64,000 nt of DNA from Camelus ferus (Eukaryota). The stretch's first letter is position 1. The number at the start of each line of letters is the position of its first letter. The notes beneath the pieces were generated by a model. That model was given only the letters and a program-made list of their open reading frames with translations. It was not told the DNA's origin and did not search any database. The translations under genes were made by a program, and so were the position numbers. The DNA is taken from assembly GCF_009834535.1 (NCBI RefSeq), contig NC_045696.1, positions 54,376,001 through 54,440,000 of the forward strand, read 5' to 3'. Below, piece by piece: positions 37,471-50,778 of the stretch.

Positions 37471-38919
37471 GACAACTGGTTCTACTTGTACTTTTTTGTC
37501 AGCTTTGGAAATCCAAACAATACTACATAGCACTTGAGAACCAAAAGCCAAATAGAAAATGTCTTTGAAAATACAGTGAAGCCGACTAGTAAGATTATTT
37601 GATCAAATAAAGTGCAAAGGATGAACTACCCAGAGTGAAGAGATGGATTTTTGCTTACTTTGGCAGTTTTGTTATCATTGCTGTTAATAATAGTTGGGTG
37701 CCTACGACATATTAGGTTCTGTGAAAAAAGCAGAAATAGAGAGTACCTGGGCCCTCAGGAGGGTACACTTGTTCACCCAGGAAAGGCCTCTCTCGGATAT
37801 GTGACCCTAACAGAGGAAGACAATGGGAGCTGATTCTAGAACTCCTGGTCAGCAGGAAACAGGAGACATGCTGGGAGTGAGGAGGAGAGGATATTAAAAG
37901 TCAAAAAAGCAGGTAGATTTCATTCCTACCAGCACTATGAGCTACACGGCTAGACAGTGGAGGTGAAGGCAGAGAGGTAGAAATTGTAGCAGACTGGGTA
38001 GTAGCAGATTCAGAAAGGGTCAAGATGAAGGCAGATGTGGAAGTATGATCTATTCTAGTAATATTTCATTAAGAAGAAAAAAAAAGAACAAGAAAAAAAG
38101 ACTTAACCTTCTGCATCACATATGGTAGGTGCTGAATAAATGTTTACTGAATGAACAAGGATAAGGAAGGGAAGAGGGTGATTAAGTAATACACAATTCA
38201 TAAATGCAAAAGATCATTCTTACATTCGATAAATATTCAGCATTTAATATGCGTAATATGCAGAGATATATTGTGTGTGTGTGTCTGAGTGTATCTCTGT
38301 GTGTTTGATGAAGCTTGGCAACAAAGATAAAAACAACTTCAGTCTCAGACCTCAAGTATTTAGAATATCAAGAATAATATAGTTCAGATATATAGCATTT
38401 GAAAACCTAGTATATTAAATATAAAACATGTCATGGCAATTCAATATTTAACACCCTATTAGCCAAAGAACAATAGAATATATTGGCTTTCTAAAACATC
38501 CATTTAAGATTTTTATGTCTTAAAATGGTAACCCTAATCAATATTAGATTTTATTTCACTTTAATCTATTTGGCTATTTACTAATACAACATACCTAGTA
38601 TAAAATAACTGTCTCAGAAAAATGTCATTTGTTGGCTTGAAGGTCGATGTATTTCCCATGTATAGTCTGAAATAGCAGCTCCTGCTTCTGCTCTTTAACC
38701 AGTTTCTTGGTGAGAAGTGGTTTTCCTAAGGGTTTCAAGGTCTTATAAGGTAACAACTGAATGTGCTGAGTTGTAACTTTCTTTCTAGTCACTTAGGGAT
38801 TATTTTCTTTAACAAAATATGGCCAAAGAAAACTTAGCCTAAAATTCATGTTATCTAAAATTGAATAAACACTCAATCATTAAAAATACTTGCAAATACT
38901 CTTAAAAATGATAAATGAA

Positions 38920-39090
38920 ATTTATTACCAACTTACTATATGATACACACTGTGCCTTAAGCATTTTCCATGTATTGATCTTATTTATTTCTGCCCACAG
39001 TGTGATGAGGTAAATACTGCTGTCACCATTTTGCAGATGAAGAAACTGAGGCACCAAGAGGTTAAGTAAATGACCAGATTGTACAACTAT
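38920..39090 (-). mobile_element. MIR
   Basis: tttattaccaacttactatatg…ccattttgcagatgaagaaactgaggcaccaagaggttaagtaa. Confidence 0.8.
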
Positions 39091-40759
39091 ACTGGTACTT
39101 TGTATCCAATTTCAAACCTTAAAAAGTGCTTCACTGAATATTTTATTTTCTAAGCAAAGAAAGAGTTACTGTTAATTTTCAGCCCCTGGACACCCTTCTA
39201 AAACTTACAATTGGATACAATAAACAGAGAGGTACAAGAAAAAGCAGAGAAATATAATGAAAAGCAGAATGTAATTCTAGTCGACACTCTAAATGAATAA
39301 TATATACAGCACGTTATTTTAGAAAATCAGAAATAGATTTTCTTCTTAACCCCAATTATTCAGCAAAGCTAATGCCATATCTCTCTTAAGATATTTCTCT
39401 GTAGCAGAAGTAGAGAGGATACCTGAGTTTGACATTTTCATTTTCTCAGAGCCAGTATGTCACAGAGGAACAGGGCAACCAGGAGAGAGCTGCCCAACAA
39501 AAGTGGTGGTGACAGCAGCAGATGGAAAGTAAAGCATCGGTGTATTGGAAGTAATCAGACATCATCCTACAGCTGGGAAATCAGCAAGAAATGAAGATTG
39601 GGCTTTCTCCTCATTAAATCTGTCATTAAGGTCTCATTCTGTTTTGCTGAAGTCCTGCTGTGTTGGTGGGTGATACCCTCTCTGTACTGGAGTGAGGGAA
39701 CCCCTACAAGATGTCAGGATGATAAGTTAATCAAAGGGTTGTATGGAAGTAAAGCAAGGTAAGAGGTTTAGGAAGAACCACAAGTAATAATTAATTTTGA
39801 TCAATTTCCACATGCCTATGTCAACCTGATGTGGGACTTGAAGGGTGTAAGAAATATTGAGGACTCTGTGTTTGCCAATATAAGTTTCTTTGGTAGGAAT
39901 CAAAACCAGAGATTGTTCTGCAAGCTTAATAAATATAACTCTCTGGCATATAGTAAAATAATAAAATATCTAATTTGTATTAGAATCTTTACTGGGATCA
40001 TAAGAACTACTACAAAGTCAGATGCATGGTATATTTAGCCAAGAAATTAAATTTGACAGAGGTAATTCAGGATGATTTATAGAAAAAAAAATTCTTGCCC
40101 TATCACATTGGCATTCAAATGTGAGGCATGTATCCAAATATTGCTAAACTTACATAATAGTCCAATCCTGACTTGTCAGTAACAAATTTATAGAAATATG
40201 TTTAATTGTTACTGTCACACCAGCCTATACAGACTCAAAGAAACAACTTCTGTAAGTTTATTAATTTTGGCATAGTACTTCTTTTATTTATTAGACCCAT
40301 AAATTTCCTCTTTCAGACTTAAGAAACTTGCCCGGCTCTCATTTTCCTGAAATTTAATGTACCAGCAATGACCTTTAATAACTTGGTAAACTAGAGTTAC
40401 AGCCTTCTGAGTTTTTTCTCATTTGGAAACTATTTGAAATACCTGTTGAATAAAATGCAATTGACTTTTTGAAATAACTTTTGATATTGTTTTTTTTTTA
40501 AAGTCACAATATATCATTCTTGTCTTCATAAGAGGAAGAAAAGTGACATGTAACTGACTATATGTAAATGAGGTATAAAACCCAAATGTCTATAACAGCT
40601 ATAGCACAGAAGACCTTTTATCTTGAGAGAAGGAAGAAAAAGGGCCTATTGTCTGGTTTTCCTTTTATGGCTTAGACACAAGCTTAAAACTGTCTCATCT
40701 AACTAGTTCCCAAATTCTATCACCATAACATTTTCAAAGAGATGTGGTCTTCTCTCAAT

Positions 40760-40960
40760 ATGCTATAGAGTAGAAAGACCCAAGAAGCAGAAAGTCTGGA
40801 ATTGGACCATAAATATGTCACTCACTGGCTGTCTAACTATGCTCAGTAACTATGCTCAAGGGATCAACCCTTCAAGACCATTTATTCACACTTCAAATGG
40901 GAATAAAGTTCCTATCTAATGTAACATATATGAAAGTGCTTTCTAAATGGTAAAGGACCA
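40760..40960 (+). mobile_element. MIR/MIR3 fragment with a 13-bp tandem duplication
   Basis: tagagtagaaagacccaagaagcagaaagtctgg…; taactatgctca(g/a) repeated at 40834-40859; …aatgggaataaagttcctatc…atgaaagtgctttctaaa. Confidence 0.55.
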
Positions 40961-41214
40961 TAGAAATACTGATGTTGCGGTTTGGGGAACCGAAAAAATC
41001 CCTAATATTTTCCCCAACAGATTTCCGTTTTCTTTGAAAAGCCAACACTGTTGCTTCCTCAGACATCAGATCCCAAGTACCACCTAAGGATTTCCCAGAA
41101 ACAAAAAAAATGATTCCATTATATTTTAGGGAAAGTATTTTTTAAGGAGGCAAATAACCAGACAGTTAAGAATCATAACTGCATCACTTTATGAAAACTG
41201 TCAGATTTAGTATA

Positions 41215-41405
41215 TCCGGGGTTCAACACCTGTTCCAGAATAGGTCTTCTCAAAATTTAATATGCTCACAAGTTACCGAGAGGACTATCCTTAAATACAG
41301 GATTTGATACAGACAGTTTGTGAGCCAATAAGATTCTGCATTGACAAGTTCCCAGGGGACATTAATGCTGTTGGTCTTCAGGCCACACCTCAATGGCCAG
41401 GCTCT
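41215..41405. mobile_element. MER5A-like element
   Basis: ttctcaaaatttaatatgc…attctgcattgacaagttcccaggggacattaatgctgttggtcttcaggccacact. Confidence 0.55.
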
Positions 41406-41417
41406 AAACCCTCTTAG

Positions 41418-41630
41418 AAGTACATTGTCCAACACAGCAGTCAACAGTCACATGTAGCAATTTACATTTAAATTAATTATAATTAAAGTATATTAAAAGT
41501 AATTTCTTCTGTAGCACAAGCCACATTTCATGTATTCACTAGCACGTGTGGCTAGTGGCTACCACAGTGGACAACACAGGCACACAGGACATTTCTATCA
41601 TTGCAGAAAGTTCTACTGGACAGCTCTCCT
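41418..41630. mobile_element. MER3 (hAT-Charlie)
   Basis: ttgtccaacacagcagtcaacagtcacatgtagc…gtgtggctagtggctaccacagtggacaacacag…catttctatcattgcagaaagttctactggacagc. Confidence 0.85.
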
Positions 41631-42962
41631 CTACAGCACAGCACCAGTTGCCTTGACCTAACCAGTTTCTCCAATGCCTCTAAAGTAGTATCCTCATGCA
41701 TCAATGGTTTACTCTACTGTAACCTTTACTTATAAGGATATATATGACTTGGCCATAAGATACACACTTGCGGCTGTGATGACTCAAGGAGATGGGTTTC
41801 CTGTGAAGCTGAGCTTTTAGATAAAGGAGGGTAGAGACTGAATGACAGTTCTCTACCAGCAGGAAAGAGACAGGGCCCAATGATGCCCAATGAGAGAATG
41901 ACAAAGAGCCAGCCTTGCTCCTCTCCAGGGAAGAGTGAAGTGATATTAATCAGCACACTATTGTATACAAAGAGGGTTCTCTCCACAGAAGAGCAGCACA
42001 TCTGTCCCACTCGCACATCAAAGGGGCCCAGCAGCTGAAAATGCTTGTGTCAAATCTCCACTCAGCCTCTTTTTCTCCTTGCTTTCCTTTCCTAGTTCAT
42101 TTGCTATTCTGTGGGCTGTTTAGCAATAAGCCCTTCATCTGATTAACATTTCAAACCCATTGTTGGTCGGTGCTGGCTTAAATGAACTAATCATCATTAG
42201 TACTTCAAAACCTGTCTGCCTGTGCCTACAAGAGGAAAAAGAAGGAAGAGAAGAAAAGTAAAGGAAACAAGCCTGACTCATTAAATAAGTCATCCATAAG
42301 TAGCTGGTCAAGACTGAAACGAAAACAGAATCCTGAGTGTTTTAATCATTCATCAAGGCATGGACGCAGAGAGGAGCTAGAAAGGCAGTAGTGGGATCTT
42401 GAATATCTATATCCATAGATACATGTCTCTAAATAAATATCCATATATCCATCTATACATCTGTATGTCTAAATCTATACATCCATAATGACATCTACAT
42501 CTAAAGCATCTATCTCCACTGGGCAATGATGGAGTAGAGAAACCTTCCTCAGGAAGATAAGGAAAGGAATCCTGGAATCCCTTTCCTCATTCCCTTTCCT
42601 TTGATTGCCATTCCCTGTGGAAAACATAACTTTATGACTCTGAGTTAAAAACAAAACTTGTTATAGAACCAGTTTTCTATTATTTCTGCTTGATTCATTT
42701 TAACTGAAATGTATTCCCCCAAGTAACTGAGGTGGGTCACCCTTCTATGTTACAATTGTACCGATACTGTGTTACTTCTAATGTATGCTTTTCATCAAAT
42801 TACAGAATGTCATTAAAACCTACTGCTTCATTGGGCCATCAGACTAGCTTAATCTGAGTTGACCAGAAAAGCTTTTTTCTAGATCATTCTGAATAAGTAT
42901 ATTCACTATTGATTCTACTTTATACTAAAGTTTTTTATCCTGATACTTGTAATGCTGAGGCC

Positions 42963-42964
42963 AA

Positions 42965-43011
<47 letters not shown>

Positions 43012-43028
43012 AAAGAAAGAAAGAAAAG
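42963..43028. repeat. (AATA)12 microsatellite followed by (AAAG)n
   Basis: Perfect 48-bp run at 42963-43010. Confidence 0.97.
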
Positions 43029-44334
43029 ACATCCAGACCATTTTCTGTGCTTATCTGCAAGATACAGACAAAGATTTACAGCATGTTCTGGATTTACATG
43101 GTTAATTTCAAGCTTAAAGCAAGAACATTTTTCTTTCTTTTCTTGTGAAGTCAACATTTCCCACAGATTAATCAATCCCTGCGATTCAGAAGTATATTTC
43201 CTAACATATGATACATGTAAGAGAGATGACTGATGATACAATATTGCAGCCTTACCTGTCACTGAATCTTATAATGAGGACCATATTCTCTTTCAATTAC
43301 TTGATCAAATCAAGGAGGAGGTCTCTTTTGGTACCTTACGTATTTAACACCACTTCCACTTGCCAGTCTCCCATTTTCACAAATTTATCAGCCCTTACAA
43401 TTCAAGTCCTCTGAGGGGAGTTATATCTAGGTAAAAATCAGTAACATTTGTTTTCATTGAATTTATTATTTAGCATTTTCATTTTATTTATGGCACATTG
43501 TATTTTTTTTCTACTCATGGTGGTAATAAAATGTTTATTAAAAACACATTAAGTACTAGTCTTTAAAGAAAATTTTAACCTTATAATAAAGCAAGTGAAT
43601 ACAGCAGAAATCATGAAAGAGTAGCACTGATGTGAAGCATTCTTTTTGCTTTGAGAGAGTGAGAAGGAAAAAAAGACATGTTGCTCCTTAGCTGTTAGCC
43701 CCCTATGTATAGTGGGTTCAAGTTCTACATCAAAGACTGTACTGGTGATAGGATGTTTGGAAACAATATTTCATGGAAACTGCAAGTGGGAAGAGGAGAG
43801 GGGGAATGTCTAATTCTCTTACAGAAGACTACTGAGGGCTGAAAATGGTGCCAGGGAGCACAGGTAGCTGAGGGGCAGGAAAGGACCAGCGGAAAAGCAA
43901 CGACAGCAGAGGATGCACTATGGATCAGAAGGAAGAAAATACAACATCCTGCATCCATTCTCACTTGGTTGATTTCGATGTGGTGAGTTGCTCAGAGTTT
44001 GTCATAAGCTTTCCCCAAAGGTAATCTTTTCAGTGTTTTCTTGCTAACTTTAGGAGGGGACAGGAAACAAGAGATCCATCCATTTATTATGTTTCAAATC
44101 AGTGTCACTTTGCCACTTTTTGACAAATGGGACCAAATTTCTTCTAAGATGCAAACTTTCTGGAACTCTTTATCATTAATTATACTAATAGGAACTCAAA
44201 ATACTAATTCTCATCTACTGATAATACATTTTTTTAAATATGAAACCCCTCACTTGGGTTTAATCAATAAACATTTATTGAGCACCTACTATTCTCAAAG
44301 CAGTGTGTGTTTGCTATTATCAAGGATACCAGGC

Positions 44335-44491
44335 AGTGTCCTGCTACTCAAAGCGTGTTTTGTGGGCAGGCAGCCCTGGGATCACCTGGGAGGTCTTTAG
44401 AATATCATCTCAGGCTCCAAGCCAGACCTACTAAATGGGAATCTGCACTTTTAAGGTGTTTCATACACACGTTAAAGTTTGAGAAGCTCTG
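44335..44491. mobile_element. MER5A1-like element
   Basis: tgctactcaaagcgtg…gggatcacctgggagg…ccagacctactaaatgggaatctgcactttta…taaagtttgagaagctctg. Confidence 0.8.
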
Positions 44492-45449
44492 TTGTAAGAC
44501 ATAGAGACTCTCTTCCAATGACTTCACAGCCCAGTTTGCAAATAATACTGATACTAAAATCATCAAGTGACAACAAGGGATAGTAGTTGGTATGAATAGT
44601 GGGAGGAAGTAGGACAGGAATTCTGTCTAAAAATCTACCCCAAATTAGAGGACAAGAGAGTGCCCCCACCTCAGTGTGGTGACAATTTTTAGGCAAAGGT
44701 AGGTTAGAACTATAGACACATGTCATCTTAAATAAGCAGAGAAAAAAAACCCGTGTGACCAGAGTGAGGGAGACAAGCTATGACTTGCGGAAAATGGAAA
44801 GTGTGTTGGGGGAGGGGTAGCTTGGATAGCCAAGCAGAGGAGTTTACTTTTTATACCGGAGGAACTACATGCCATCTCTGAACACCTGCAGACTAAGGAG
44901 TGACAAAAGTAGATCCAGTCTCCTGCACATAGGAAATGTTCAGCGTTGCAAAATTGAGTTAGTTAAACTGTATGTTCAGGAGTGATTATTACTCTAGCCC
45001 CGTGGTTGGTAGGATGAATTGCAGGGGAAAAGTCAGGGCAGTAAAAGCTATAAATATCCTTGGTGTGGGATCAGATGCCTTGAATAATGTCTGTTTAGCA
45101 AAAAGATAGGCAAAGGCCCGAAAAACAATAATTACATGTAAGAGACTAATATAGTCAAACCACTGTATCACAATGACTATGCTGATTTGAATTTGCCTCA
45201 ATTAAGGAGCTCTTTCATTGAAGTAAGTTTCTAAAAATGTTACTTTATGGTACTGCTGCACTTCTGTTCAATTCATTTCAGCTGGAAGCCATGTGCTTGT
45301 TCTATCTCCTTTTATTCCCATGATCAATTGTAACCAAAACAAGAGTGAGTATCAACTCTTTTTATCTTTTTTATCCTTTAATCCAGGAGCACCTTTTCTT
45401 CAACAGAGGCAGCAAGCTACACCAGCCAAATCTTTAGCTGCGGGGCCAC

Positions 45450-45615
45450 ACTGGGGTTTGAGACCTGGATTGTGACACTTTCCAGCCAGACACTAGTGCT
45501 GTGTGACACTGGCCACTGGCTTCACTTCCTTGACCCTTAGTTTATGTATCTGTAGATGGAAGTGAATATTATAAAGCTCACAGGACTGTTGGCACAAGGT
45601 CTGGCATAGCTGAGT
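45450..45615 (+). mobile_element. MIR
   Basis: agacctggattg…gctgtgtgacactggcc…cttagtttatgtatctgtagatgga…cacaggactgttgg. Confidence 0.6.
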
Positions 45616-46419
45616 CCCCCAGACAGGTGTTATTTTAAACTCTTGATCCCCACCCCACATGTCATCACCATCACTCTTCCTCCTCATGACTGAATTGATG
45701 TGAAGATAAACAAAGTTTGACGTATTACTGTACTCCTTTTAAGTTTAAAAATATGGCTCAGCTTTTACACCAAGCCAAGTTTCATCATGGTGATTCCATC
45801 CTTAAGCCAGAGGCCTTTCAAATGAAGAAAACAGCAATAAACAAAAGAAGTCAAGTGTTTCATTTCAGCTCAACAGTTCTGCTCTGCAAGTGGGAAAGTG
45901 CACTCCATGACCATGCTAACATGAGAACTCAGACATAGGCAAGGCTGTGAGACCTCGAAACCCCTTTCCTTGACCCTTCTGATTCTCAAGTTAGGTCCTA
46001 CCCTGGGGGGTCCATCCACCCACCTTTAATCATCCAGTTTTCTGGCATCTCTCCTCTGCCTTTCTTCCTCTTCTGCTCCTTCCCCCCTCAATTTAACTGT
46101 TACTTAAACTACAAGCAAACCAGCCCTTCCCATCACTCCTCCTTCCAACCCAAACTGCCCACAAAAATATTCTTTCTCCTAAAGAGAGGGGAAAATGCAG
46201 GAACCAAAGCACCTGAGTCACAGCTACATAAACTTTCCGTAAACCCCAGGAAGTCTAGAGCTTTCTAACTGCTATCAGTTCTCTGGAGGTCATTGTTAGA
46301 GCTTCCCTGGAGGAATTGAAAAAGGCTTTTCTGACTTATAGTGATGAGCCTGGGTCATGTCCCGGAGTCATCTTTCTCTGGCACTCCTGGGTGCTAGAAG
46401 CACGCATGCACAAACTTAC

Positions 46420-46482
46420 TCGTCAACAAAGAGGAAGTTCCCAATTCATTCGTAATTGAACTGGTTTTCATTTGGAAGCTAT
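46420..46482 (-). other. Candidate 63-nt symmetric (phase 1-1) exon
   Basis: Minus strand: gctgac…ctcttgaccccaacag|ATAGC…GACGA|gtaagt. One open frame, xSFQMKTSSITNELGTSSLLT. No protein match recognised. Confidence 0.25.
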
Positions 46483-46822
46483 CTGTTGGGGTCAAGAGCA
46501 CCGTCAGCGGAAAGGACTTAAGCCTATGTTTTTGGCATTTATAGAACTGAATCTATGGCATAGGTTCTTATAAAAGGACTTTTGAGATTCCAGACTTTTT
46601 CTAGAAGTAGAGCTTCAGATTCAGATTCAAAGAACTATTCCACAGCCCAGTGGAATCTCTTCACTGCCCTAGAACCACCCACATACTCCAGAGAAGCACA
46701 GAGTACTGCCATGACAGTGGCTTGAATATCTTGTCCATAGTTCTTATTTTTCCAGTGGCAAAATAGACCCTTGAAATGACTCAACCAAGATAAGTCACAG
46801 CCAAACCCTTTCTTCTCTGTAT

Positions 46823-47016
46823 CAGAGGTTCTCAAATTTTAGTTTGAATCAGAAAAAAAAAAAAAAAAAAAAGAAATGGAGAATTCATTAAAACAGATTC
46901 CTGGGCCTTACATCCAGAGTTTCTGATTCAGTTGCTCTGAGGGTGATGTCAGAGAATTTGCAAGTTCCCAAGTAATGCTGATGCTGCCGGCCTGGGGAAC
47001 ACACTTTGGAAATTAT
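46823..47016. mobile_element. MER5A with an internal A21 run
   Basis: cagaggttctcaaattttag…atcag(A)n…cagattcctgggcc…agtttctgattcag…aagttcccaagtaatgctgatgctgccgg…cacactttg. Confidence 0.85.
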
Positions 47017-47609
47017 TTATCTGTATCCTATTACCTCTCAAACATGCAGGAATATTATGAAATGCTCACTAGATAATTTAAAAAATACTAGTATTAAATA
47101 TTGTAGTTTCCACTCTTAGAGGAGAAAGATTCTTGAAAAATTGGATTATCTACTAAGTTTTATTATCATCATCTCCCCTTTCTCCATCTACTCACTTGTC
47201 ATGATCATAATAAAATTCTATCTTTTAAGTACTTACCAGCATGTTCTTAGCTCCATGCTGGGTTTTCAAGATCATTCTTGGTGATATTTAAAATAAACTG
47301 AAAGTCATCATTGCTCTTTTTAAAGGAAGAATTTTTTTTTTTTTAATATAGAAAGGCAATACTGTTTGGTTGAAAATATCCTGTTACACACTTTCCTATA
47401 TTTTCCTTAGGGTGAATGAAAAGAAAATGCTGATTAAACAAAGTGGTTTTTTGGAAGTCAAAAGGCTGTAGGGAGAGATTAGGAAAAAAGAAAAGGAAAG
47501 GAAGAAAGTTCATATTTTTAAGTACCTATGATGTGTCTAACAGCAGAGTCACTTGTACACTTTTATGTAAATATCCAGTCAATCTCCTATGTTCCTGTTG
47601 CAGTTGCTT

Positions 47610-48110
47610 GAATTTTTCTTTTATTGTTTTTTTTCTTTTTTGTTATATTCATTTGTTTGTTTATTTTTTAGAGTCCACATATAAGTGATAATATGCAATA
47701 CTGTCTTTCTTTGTCTGACTTATTTCACAATGCATAATACTTTCCAGGTTCATCCTTGTTGTTGGAAATGACGAAATTTCATTATTTTTATGGGCTAGTA
47801 ATATTCCAGTGTGTGTATGTGTGTGTGTGTGCACGCACGCGCATGTGTATTACATCTTCTTTAACCATTCATCTGTTGATGGACACTTGCTTCCATATCT
47901 TGCCAATTATAAATAATGCTGCTATGGACATTGGGATGTATGTATCTTTTCAAATCAGTGCTTTCATTTTCTTTGGGTATATACCTAGGAGTAGAATTGC
48001 TGGATCATATGGTAGTTCCATTTATAGTTTTTTGAGGAAACTTCGTGCTGTTTTCCATAATGGTTGAGTTAATTTACAATCCCACCAAAAGTGTACTAAG
48101 GTTCCCTTTT
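47610..48110 (-). mobile_element. L1 3' fragment (ORF2 end/3' UTR) lying between two MIR-like pieces
   Basis: agtccacatataagtgata…tgacttatttca…ccattcatctgttgatggacact…ataatgctgctatggacattggg…ggatcatatggtagttc…tttttgaggaaac. MIR-like pieces lie at ~47510-47585 and ~48230-48370. Confidence 0.9.
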
Positions 48111-50439
48111 AGTGCTAAAAGACACGTTATCCTCTATGTCCTAATCTCCCCATATACGTACATAGTCCCAACTTTATGAACTGTACCCATGTGACATGTG
48201 TGATCTACACAACATGGCAATAACTCTTTACAATAACCCTTTGTTTAAGTAGTAGAGATAACATTTCCATAACGAGTAATCAAAAAGAGATAACTTGCCC
48301 TAGGTCATGTTACTATTGAGTAGTAGAGTACAAACTATAACACAGGTTTGCCTGATTCTAGGTCTTCTGCTTTTTTCAAAGGGTTAAGGGCACTGCAGAA
48401 TGCTTTTTCATTTTCCTTTCATCCTGGACACTACACATGAACCTCTACATATGAACAAATAAACCTATGGCTGCAGAACACAGAGGGCTCAGACATCAGG
48501 TCTGGGATTCACAGATCTGAACTCCATTTCTCCCTCCTCTCTTTCATCACACCCCATCAGTATTTCACATGGCCCTAAGATTTAACTTGCTAGGGCAGGG
48601 GCAGGAGAAAGACAGAATGTGAGTCCAGGAGGGGAGGTGGAGAGGATCCTTAGGTGTCCCCTCCTTACATACCCCCAGTGTGGCTTACAGCTACTGCCAT
48701 ACGCTTGGGAGAGCTTTCTAGGGTCCCAGATGCACTTCCCTGAATTTCATGAATACTCATTTCATTCTCTGAGCTGGTCAGCACAAAGAAAAGCCAAGAA
48801 AGTGAAATTGCTGCAATTAAAAGGCAGGCTGCCAGAAATCTGGGAACTCACACAACAAAACAATATCTCAAGTCTAAAGGGAGAATTCCAAGCCAAGATT
48901 CCTGCATCTCACTTCACCATCCAGTTAATCAGCATCAAGGTTTCCACTCTCAGACACGTGACCTTTTCACTGGGACACTTAGCAGTTATGCTGCAGACGT
49001 TCCAGGTGCAGGCTGAAAGCAGTCCCCTGCACTTCTCTTTTGGTGCTTAAGGCCAGTTTGTACCCTATTCTCTGTTCTCCACCTCCATCCTCATATGTTC
49101 ACCTAGAGTTCTGTACCTGGACAGCATGCAGTATTAATAAGAAAGGATCCTTCTCTCAGGAACTCAGTGCATTCATTTCCCCCTTGTTTCTGCAGAGAAG
49201 AAAGGAATCAAGAGCAGAAATAGCACAGTTGCTATCGCTTAGCTGTGATAGCAGCACTCTGTGGAGAAGGGGCATTTCCTCGTGCTCTTTACAGAGTTCA
49301 GTGCAATGTAGCTGTTGCCTACTGAATTGAATTCAGAATTCAATTAATTTACTTTTGACACAGCCAATACAGCACAGTGTGAGATGAAGCAGATGCTGAT
49401 TTAAGTGTAGGAACGTTGCTGTGGACAGAAAGGAAATTGTATTTGTGTGTGCTCAGAACATATGCAGACCAGAACTAGAACTTCAGGGTTTATTAAGTTC
49501 AATGACGGTTGGAAGGAAAACAGAGTTAGGGTTGTGCAGGTATGAGCCAAAATTTTTACCACATATGTAAGCTCAAAGGACTACAGCTTGAAAAGGCTGG
49601 AAGAAGGAGGATGGAGTGGCTCCTACCCATGTTTACAACTAGCAGAAGTGACCATAAACCATAGCAAGTAGGGATGACAGCTGAGAGCCAGCAGTCTTGG
49701 CAATGAAGACTGACAGACTGGCCAGATGGCGAGTGTCATGCAGGTACATATCATATTTTGATTAGGATTATCTCTTAATGCCCTTGATAACATTTAAATT
49801 CTATAAGAGACAATTCTTTGTAGTAGACTTACATGTGCCATTTTTTTCAATAATAATATAATAAACCACTTAGCAGAAGTAAAAGCATTTTACTTACTGC
49901 CAGTAGACATTTTACAGTCTATGCTCAAAGTACCATAATAAGATGTAAAAATTGTCTCCCAGATGAAAATTCTAGCATATGCACTTATAAAAATTTGTTA
50001 TTTGTAACCTGTAATTGCCTTTCTACAAATTATTACCATTCTTCTCCTTAGGACACAATTAGGGGGTCATGGTTTTGTCTTTTTTTTTTCCTTGTGGTCT
50101 TTTACAAACTAAATTTTCACAACAAATCACTGTGTCAACTTAATTCAATCCATAAATTCAATAAGAAATTACTGAATAGCTACCACATTTAGGAAATAAG
50201 ATTTAAGAAATATGGAAAAAAAATACACTTGGTGTTTAAGCAGCTTGAACTCTTAGTTTGAAGATCAAAGTTACTCCATCTCTAGTCCTACTCCAAATTT
50301 TATTTATCATTATTTTTGGCACAAATACCCTCAAGTTAGACTGGTCTTCCAATTCTACTCAAAAAACACACTGCTCATTGCTTAATTCTCATTTTCCCGT
50401 CTACCTTGAAACCCTGCTTCAATCTGCCTCACCATTCAG

Positions 50440-50778
50440 GATAATCTAGTTAATACTGTAGTAATCAATGACCACACTATCTCAATGTCTTACAACAACA
50501 AAGACTGATTCTTTCTCTTGCTATGAGCCCACAGTGGGTTGTCTGTGTGGTTCTCTTCCCTGAGAAGCCTTTACCTGAAACACTGCCAGTAGTGCAGCAC
50601 CAAGACAAGGCATCATATCAAAGGATTCACTGATCCTTAAAGTTTTCTTTTGTAAATGACAGCCATTTCACTGGCCAGAGCAAGTCACATGCCCCAGCTG
50701 TATACTAATAGCTCAGCAAAGAATGATCTTCCTCCAAGGACCAGCAGTGAATATTTGAGAACCACAATACAGTCTACT
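50440..50778 (-). mobile_element. Old MaLR LTR (MLT1J/K-like)
   Basis: ctagttaatactgtagtaatcaatgacc…tcaatgtcttacaacaacaaag…catttcactggccagagcaagtcacatgcc…gaatatttgagaaccacaatacagtctac. Confidence 0.6.

Noticed and set aside
49299..49320. miR-130/301-like start cagtgcaatg
   Set aside because: The remaining bases do not match the mature sequences I recall, it lies on the 5' arm, and the hairpin is too short for a pre-miRNA.
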